This document shows positions 58,001 through 64,000 of a stretch of DNA of 64,000 nt, piece by piece. The stretch covers positions 48,862 through 112,861 of the forward strand of contig JBBTWJ010000006.1 in NCBI GenBank assembly GCA_038062895.1, given 5' to 3'. Each line of letters starts with the position of its first letter. Positions within the stretch are counted from its first letter, which is position 1. Position numbers and translations under genes: made by a program. The notes beneath the pieces are model-generated. The model was not told the origin of the DNA. It ran no database searches and worked only from the letters and a program-made list of their open reading frames with translations. The DNA comes from Patescibacteria group bacterium. Its GTDB lineage: Bacteria; Patescibacteriota; Microgenomatia; UBA10105; UBA927.

Positions 58001-58681
58001 ATGTTAAGAGTAAGTTTTTTGTCTTCAGGTTCGGGATATACAACCGCAACGATACTCCACGCAATACAAAAAGGCGTCTTGACGAATATTATTCCGGTTA
58101 GCATAATATCCGACAGAGAAAGCAAGTCATTAGACTTGGCTTCCAAATTTCACATCATACCTCATGTAGTAAATTATCACGATGCAAGTTCACGAGAGGA
58201 ATTTTCTGACAACATTTTACATATTTTCAAAAAAGAGAGCATTGATGTTTCTTTTTCGACGTTTGATCGAATATTATCCGGAAAGATACTTCATAGCTAC
58301 AAAAATAGACTTATCAATATTCACCCGTCTCTTCTCCCCTCTTTTCCCGGCTATGGCACCACAGCTCAAGCCATAAAATACGGCTCTAAATTTATCGGAG
58401 CTACATGCCATTTCATCGACGCTGAAATAGATCATGGACCAATCATTAATCAGGCAATTCTGCCACTCAATGATAACGAAAATCTCGATTCAATTAATCA
58501 AAAATTATATAAATTGAAGCAACAGTTAGCCTTAGAATCGCTCTATGCATTTTGTACTAATCTGATTACTGTCAAAGACAGATACGTTAAAATAAAAACC
58601 GCTCAATATGATAGTTTGCCAGTCAATCCAACCTTAAACTTGCCTCAAATCATTGATTTTTTGCGTACGTATGACAAATAA
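58001..58681 (+). CDS. PurN-like formyltransferase
   Basis: SSGSG, INIHPSLLPSFPG and GATCHFIDAEIDHGPII motifs. Confidence 0.85.
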   Translation: MLRVSFLSSGSGYTTATILHAIQKGVLTNIIPVSIISDRESKSLDLASKFHIIPHVVNYHDASSREEFSDNILHIFKKESIDVSFSTFDRILSGKILHSYKNRLINIHPSLLPSFPGYGTTAQAIKYGSKFIGATCHFIDAEIDHGPIINQAILPLNDNENLDSINQKLYKLKQQLALESLYAFCTNLITVKDRYVKIKTAQYDSLPVNPTLNLPQIIDFLRTYDK

Positions 58682-59372
58682 GATTGCGATACTACAGCCA
58701 TCTTATATACCGTGGCTTGGTTATTTTGATCAAATCAACAGAGTTGATACATTTATTTTTTATGATGATGTTTTATATACTAAAAATGACTGGAGAAATA
58801 GAAATAAAATCAAAACACCAAGTGGTGTTTCCTGGCTAACTATACCTGTTACTATCAAAAATAGACTAAAAGATTATCTACTGATCAAGGATGTAATGAT
58901 CATTGATCCAAATATTTTAAAAAATCATTTAAAAACAATTGAATTTAATTACAAAAAAAGCCCATTTTTCCAAGATTTTTATTCAACAATAGCTCCCATC
59001 TTTAATACGGAGTATCACCTATTAGCTGACCTAAGCATAGATATTATTAAAACGGTTTGCGAATATATAGGCCTCAAAGGTAAAAATTTATTACGAAGCT
59101 CCGATTTAGGCATTGTTGGCACAAATCCCACGGATAGATTAATAAATCTATGTAAGAAATTCGAGGCTACCAATTATTTATCATCGGATAATTCTAAAAA
59201 TTACCTTAAGGAAAAAATGTTCGAAGAAAATGATATTATCCTTGAATATCAAAAATACAGTCATCCGAGATATAAACAGTCATGGGGCGACTTTGTTCCC
59301 TATTTATCAATAATTGATCTAATTTTTAACGAAGGACCAAAATCATTAAGTATTTTATCTAATAATGTATAA
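58671..59372 (+). CDS. WbqC-family protein
   Basis: QPSYIPWLGYF, WRNRNKI and LSIIDLIFNEG motifs. Confidence 0.9.
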   Translation: MTNKIAILQPSYIPWLGYFDQINRVDTFIFYDDVLYTKNDWRNRNKIKTPSGVSWLTIPVTIKNRLKDYLLIKDVMIIDPNILKNHLKTIEFNYKKSPFFQDFYSTIAPIFNTEYHLLADLSIDIIKTVCEYIGLKGKNLLRSSDLGIVGTNPTDRLINLCKKFEATNYLSSDNSKNYLKEKMFEENDIILEYQKYSHPRYKQSWGDFVPYLSIIDLIFNEGPKSLSILSNNV

Positions 59373-60375
59373 GCATATATTTATTACCGGAGCAGGCGGA
59401 TATATTGGCTCCAAAATGGTTTCCTTCTTTCTTGAAAAAGGATTTTTTGTGACTGCGCTAGACAAATTTTTTTTCGGTAACGTATTGAATGATTTAAAAG
59501 AAAATAAATCATTAAACATCATTAATGGAGATATCAGATTATTTGATAAAAAAGTGCTGAAAAATGTAGACGTTGTCGTTGATTTAGCCGCAATTTCAAG
59601 TGATCTTGCTTCTGAACTTAATCCTACACTCACACACGAAATTAACTGTGAAGGCGCCATGCGGGTTGCCCGACTTGCCAAAGAAATGATGGTTAAAAAA
59701 TACATTTTTTCATCTTCCTGCAATGTCTATGGAGCAGGGAATGATATTTTTGATGAGACTTCCCAATTCCATCCTATTGGATCCTATGCAATAAGCAAGG
59801 CAGAGGCCGAAAAAAAACTTTTAAAACTTGCTGATGACAATTTCACTGTGACGATAATGCGAAATGCACCGGTATATGGATTATCTGAAAGAAGAATGCG
59901 ATTTGATCTTATCGTAAATATTATGACTCTGCATGCTATGAAGCATAATACAATTAGAATTTTTAATGGTGGAAAACAATGGCGCCCCTTAATTCATATC
60001 AATGACTGCATCACTGCATTTTTATGTATCATCATGGAAAATGATTTAATAAAAATTCAGCGACAAATTTTTAATGTAGGTTCGAATGGACAAACATATC
60101 AAATGTACGAAATTGCAGCAAAAATTAAAAAATATTTCCCGAATGTAGTAATAGAGAATGTGCCAGGTTACCACGATAAGATCAGTTATCGCGCTGATTT
60201 TGATAAAATCAAGAATGTATTACATTTTCGGACGAAAAAATCAATTGACGATGGCATTATAGAAATAAAAAATGCCATAATAAAGGGAATTATTCGAGAT
60301 AATACGGAAACCCGAATATTTGAACGCTATCAATACCTTCTTTCAGAAAAAAAATTGACTTCGTTCAATGGGTAA
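59365..60375 (+). CDS. NAD-dependent epimerase/dehydratase (SDR)
   Basis: GAGGYIG, YAISK, RMRFDL and QWRP motifs. Confidence 0.88.
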   Translation: MYKHIFITGAGGYIGSKMVSFFLEKGFFVTALDKFFFGNVLNDLKENKSLNIINGDIRLFDKKVLKNVDVVVDLAAISSDLASELNPTLTHEINCEGAMRVARLAKEMMVKKYIFSSSCNVYGAGNDIFDETSQFHPIGSYAISKAEAEKKLLKLADDNFTVTIMRNAPVYGLSERRMRFDLIVNIMTLHAMKHNTIRIFNGGKQWRPLIHINDCITAFLCIIMENDLIKIQRQIFNVGSNGQTYQMYEIAAKIKKYFPNVVIENVPGYHDKISYRADFDKIKNVLHFRTKKSIDDGIIEIKNAIIKGIIRDNTETRIFERYQYLLSEKKLTSFNG

Positions 60376-60380
60376 AAAAC

Positions 60381-61526
60381 ATGATAAAAAAAGAAATACA
60401 ATTTTACAAACATAATATAGGAGTTGAGGAAATAAACGCAGTTACTGAAGTACTTCGATCACCTTTTCTTACCACCGGAAAATACGTAGATCTGTTTGAA
60501 GAAAACTTTGCCAAATATTTGCAAACTCACTTCGCTGTAGGGCTTACAAGCTGTACTGCAGCACTTCATTTATCCCTATTAGCAGCCGGAGTTAAGCCAG
60601 GTGATGAGGTGATTACCACTCCCCTGTCATTTGTTGCAACTGCAAATTCCATTTGTATGGTGGGAGCAACGCCAATTTTTGTCGACGTAGAAAAAGATAC
60701 TGGGAATATAGACGCTGATCTCGTCGAAAAAGCTGTAACCCAAAAAACTAAAGCTATTCTGCCGGTTCATTTGTACGGACAAATGGTTAATATGAAAAAG
60801 ATTTTACGTATTGCGCATAAGCGCAATATAAAGGTGATTGAAGATTCTGCTCATGCGTTAGAGGCACAGCGGGACGGAGTAAAACCCGGACAAAAATCAT
60901 TTGGTTCGTGTTTTAGTTTTTATGCAACAAAAAGTATAACGTCCGCCGAAGGAGGAGCTTTCACAACAAACGATGAGTCAATCGCAAAACTTGTAACAAA
61001 GTTTAGGTCTCACGGAATAACAAGTGAACTTGCCCAGAGAGAAAGAACTGGATTAAAAACATATGATGTCGATGTCTTAGGATGGAAATACAATATGAAT
61101 AATATTCAAGCAGCACTACTCATTCCCCAAATTAGAAAAATAGAAAAACAATGGAACCAAAGAGAAAAAATTGCAAATAAATACAGAGAAGCATTCACAA
61201 AGTTTGCCATAGAAATGCCGCGGGAATATAATAACTCAAAACACGGAAGACACATATTTCCGATCTGGGTTTCAGCTCAAAAAAGGGACAAAATATTAGA
61301 ATACATCAATGACCATGGCGTCGGAGGCGTGATCAACTATCCCGCTATTCATCTATTTTCATTTTATAAAAAGACTTTCGGTTTTCACGAGGGAATGTTT
61401 CCAAATGCAGAAAAGATTGCAAAACAAACCATCTCTCTTCCGCTCTATCCAAAATTGACAGAAGAAGAAACAGATTATGTAATAAAGATTGTTAAACAAG
61501 CAGTTGAAACCTCGGTCAAAAATTGA
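60381..61526 (+). CDS. DegT/DnrJ/EryC1/StrS sugar aminotransferase
   Basis: SCTAALHL, EDSAHA and FSFYATKS motifs. Confidence 0.92.
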   Translation: MIKKEIQFYKHNIGVEEINAVTEVLRSPFLTTGKYVDLFEENFAKYLQTHFAVGLTSCTAALHLSLLAAGVKPGDEVITTPLSFVATANSICMVGATPIFVDVEKDTGNIDADLVEKAVTQKTKAILPVHLYGQMVNMKKILRIAHKRNIKVIEDSAHALEAQRDGVKPGQKSFGSCFSFYATKSITSAEGGAFTTNDESIAKLVTKFRSHGITSELAQRERTGLKTYDVDVLGWKYNMNNIQAALLIPQIRKIEKQWNQREKIANKYREAFTKFAIEMPREYNNSKHGRHIFPIWVSAQKRDKILEYINDHGVGGVINYPAIHLFSFYKKTFGFHEGMFPNAEKIAKQTISLPLYPKLTEEETDYVIKIVKQAVETSVKN

Positions 61527-61565
61527 CACCATTATCAAATTCATCGCTCATATTGAAATGCTTAC

Positions 61566-62312
61566 CTATTTATTATTCAAATAAATTGTATTTAATCCGT
61601 TGTCATAATATTCTTTATATCTATTATTTCTCATTAATGAATCTATTCTAACTTTTTTACTGGATCTTTTACCTGTTATCATTAAATTAAAATCTCCCGT
61701 TTCGACGCAAACAACGGTAGGTCTAAATTTTTTCCAATTATTACTTTCCAAAACTTCAAAATCCAATCCTTCTGTATCAATCGATAGGAAATCTATTTTT
61801 GCAGTACAATATTTCTCGATTACACTTTTTAACGTAAATACGGGAATTTCCAACTCTTGTTTTAACTTATATCCTAATTTTAAATTACTTGCCCTCTCGT
61901 CTTTAGAAAAAGTTGACAAACCGTCAACTTCAAATTCATAAAATGAAGCAATACCTGAAGTATTTTTAATCCCAATATTTAAATTAATATCTCTTTTCCG
62001 TTGCCTTATAAATTCCTTTAATAATATTGGGTTTGGCTCTATGTTTATACCGCTCCATCCTTTGAGATAAAACTTTTTTGTATTATTAAAAATATTTGGG
62101 TTATGTGCCCCGATATCGATATAAAAACCCTTCTTTTTCTGACCAATAACCCTTTCAATAATCAAATCTTCGCCTTTTTGACTAAATGACCCCTTTAAAT
62201 ATTTTTTAATAAACGTATCATTAAGTGCCTTAATAATAAATACAAAAAAAAATATAAAACCCCGCTTTTTGTATATTGATATAAATTGTCTTATAAGTGC
62301 CCTTGCATTCAT
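61566..62312 (-). CDS. FkbM-family methyltransferase
   Basis: FSQKGED, YIDIGA, IEPNP and IDFLSIDTEG motifs. Confidence 0.9.
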   Translation of the reverse strand: MNARALIRQFISIYKKRGFIFFFVFIIKALNDTFIKKYLKGSFSQKGEDLIIERVIGQKKKGFYIDIGAHNPNIFNNTKKFYLKGWSGINIEPNPILLKEFIRQRKRDINLNIGIKNTSGIASFYEFEVDGLSTFSKDERASNLKLGYKLKQELEIPVFTLKSVIEKYCTAKIDFLSIDTEGLDFEVLESNNWKKFRPTVVCVETGDFNLMITGKRSSKKVRIDSLMRNNRYKEYYDNGLNTIYLNNK

Positions 62313-63078
62313 TTATTTTTTGTGGCTACAACGATAAATCCTTTTGATATGCTCCAAAATATCGGCATTCTCTGAATTAACTTTATACCAAAAGATCGTA
62401 TAAAGGGATTGAAAAAACCTCTACTACCGCATCCCAAGTAAGCAGCCTTCTCGTCGGGAAGATGAAAATAATATTCACAAGGATATTGGTTGAATAATTT
62501 TTTCATTCCAAAATATGATCTTGAATACGAACAGTCCTTATAGGATCTACCCTTCCCTGTAATACGCAAATACCTATCAGCAATAGAGAGAGGCACCCAG
62601 CCTAGGAAGGGCAACCCATAATGAGATTCAAACAACCACCACTTGTTTGGCGCGGTAACATAAACCATTCCGCCCGGCTTAAGTAAGGAGAATATTTTTT
62701 TGAATGATCTTTCCACATGAGACATATGTTCCACGGTGGTGAGGCTAACTATTAAATCAAAAGTCCCTTTTGTATGAAAATCTTCGACTTTACAGTTATA
62801 AAAATTAATTCTAGATTTTCTTATGCTCTTGCTTTTGATCGCGACGTTATACACTTTCTTATATGGTTCTATCCCGATTACCTCTTTAACATATTTTCCA
62901 AGTTCAAACGAGTACTCGCCCCAACCCGATCCAACATCTAATACTCGCAAATCCTTAGCTTTTTTTGTAATCGCTTTTCCGCGATGATGAGGATCTCCCT
63001 TACCGTTGCTGCTATGACTGAGTGGGGAATTTGAGAGGGTAAAATATCTCTGAAGTACTCTTGTTTAAAGTTATTCAT
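62309..63078 (-). CDS. Class I SAM methyltransferase split by a -1 frameshift at an A7 run
   Basis: The 0-frame ORF from ATG 63078 stops at 62938; LRVLDVGSG continues in the -1 frame after CAA AAA AAG (62967-62959). Confidence 0.75.
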
Positions 63079-63238
63079 TTCTTGATACTTAAATTAATTT
63101 TCCTAAATCTACCATCATATTCGATTTGATGGTATGCCTATAACGGTGCCTACCATTTTAATCTTTAACCTTAAATAAGTAAAGATAATCATCTATAAAT
63201 CTGGTAAATAACCGAACAATATGATATAAATCTAGGTT

Positions 63239-64000
63239 ATGTTTCTTTATAGTTTGTTTGTTCCACTTTTCTCCTTCATCTTGCAGGTATGGCCCCGTTT
63301 AATAAATCGATATTTTGGAATAGATACATGGCGGCATTTATTACTTGCTGACTATGTACGAAGATATCATAAAATTCCGACCGTACTAGAAGAACAATAT
63401 ATTCGTTCTTCTGGAGATCCGGGATATCCCCCGGTAATTTACCTTATCTTATCAAGATTTAGCAAGGGTTTTACCGAACGATATCAATTTATATTTGCAC
63501 CATTTTTTGACGCAATTCAAAATTATTGCATCTTTTGGTTTGCCTATCTGATTACGAACGACATTACCTCGGCAATCTGTGCCCAAGTTATCGCAGCGCT
63601 CACGCCAATTGCAGTTATTGAAGCAAGCAATCTAAGCACAAGAACTCTCAGTTATCTGATTTTTACTCTATCCTTTCTGTCTCTTGTTATATTTTCCATC
63701 ACCAATTTATATATTTGGCTATTTATAGCATTTGTCATGTTAATAGTGCTTTTCCTAACACATAAATTTGCTATTCAAGCGTACCTATTTATATCGACAG
63801 GATTTTCCATAGCGGAGAAGGACCCTTTCTATATTTTATTTTTTCTTGGTACATTTATTTTTATGTATACTGTAATGAAAAAAATTTATAGGCCGATTTT
63901 GAAGGAACATATGTTGATCCTTTCTTTCTGGAGAAGAAACATATCTGATAGATTTATCCATCAATTTAGAGGACATTCTAAATCGGATCAAGTGAAAGAT
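63239..64000 (+). CDS. Multi-TM GT-C-like membrane protein, truncated by window edge
   Basis: Not in the ORF track. Manual translation gives MFLYSLFVPLFSFILQVWPR...FGIDTWRHL...GYPP followed by hydrophobic segments. Confidence 0.65.
   Translation, partial: MFLYSLFVPLFSFILQVWPRLINRYFGIDTWRHLLLADYVRRYHKIPTVLEEQYIRSSGDPGYPPVIYLILSRFSKGFTERYQFIFAPFFDAIQNYCIFWFAYLITNDITSAICAQVIAALTPIAVIEASNLSTRTLSYLIFTLSFLSLVIFSITNLYIWLFIAFVMLIVLFLTHKFAIQAYLFISTGFSIAEKDPFYILFFLGTFIFMYTVMKKIYRPILKEHMLILSFWRRNISDRFIHQFRGHSKSDQVKD

Overview
The window is bacterial DNA (standard code), most likely Patescibacteria/CPR of the Microgenomates type. This is inferred from a short MurE, an alpha2-type GlyRS, DUF4012, DUF5667-like and PaaX/Cas2-like genes, and apparently leaderless genes. 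Bases 1-9.7 kb hold a reduced dcw cluster (mraZ-rsmH-ftsL-ftsI-murE-pgeF-murC-murB-murA-GlmU-like). Bases 9.8-18 kb hold a PaaX-like regulator bracketed by a palindrome, a histidine phosphatase, a glyA-glyQS operon, recO and a DUF4012 gene. Bases 18-64 kb form a very large surface-glycan locus with GT2/GT4 enzymes, several GT-C-like membrane proteins, nucleotide-sugar enzymes and methyltransferases. It is interrupted by a Bro-N gene and an AbiE toxin-antitoxin pair and ends in an AT-rich, partly inverted block. The most notable signals are: (1) two tandem, extremely minimal glycine T-box riboswitches upstream of glyA-glyQS; (2) many 7-bp tandem repeats and short palindromic elements inserted in frame into protein loops, with the palindromes landing inside the heptamer tracts; (3) a 179-bp MITE-like element that duplicated an ATGA stop/start overlap; (4) an AbiE module flanked by a duplicated gene start; (5) a methyltransferase split at an in-frame A-AAA-AAG slippery site; (6) a PurN-like/WbqC/aminotransferase cassette that may make an N-formylglycyl amino sugar. 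No rRNA, tRNA or CRISPR array was seen. All calls are by eye, without database searches.
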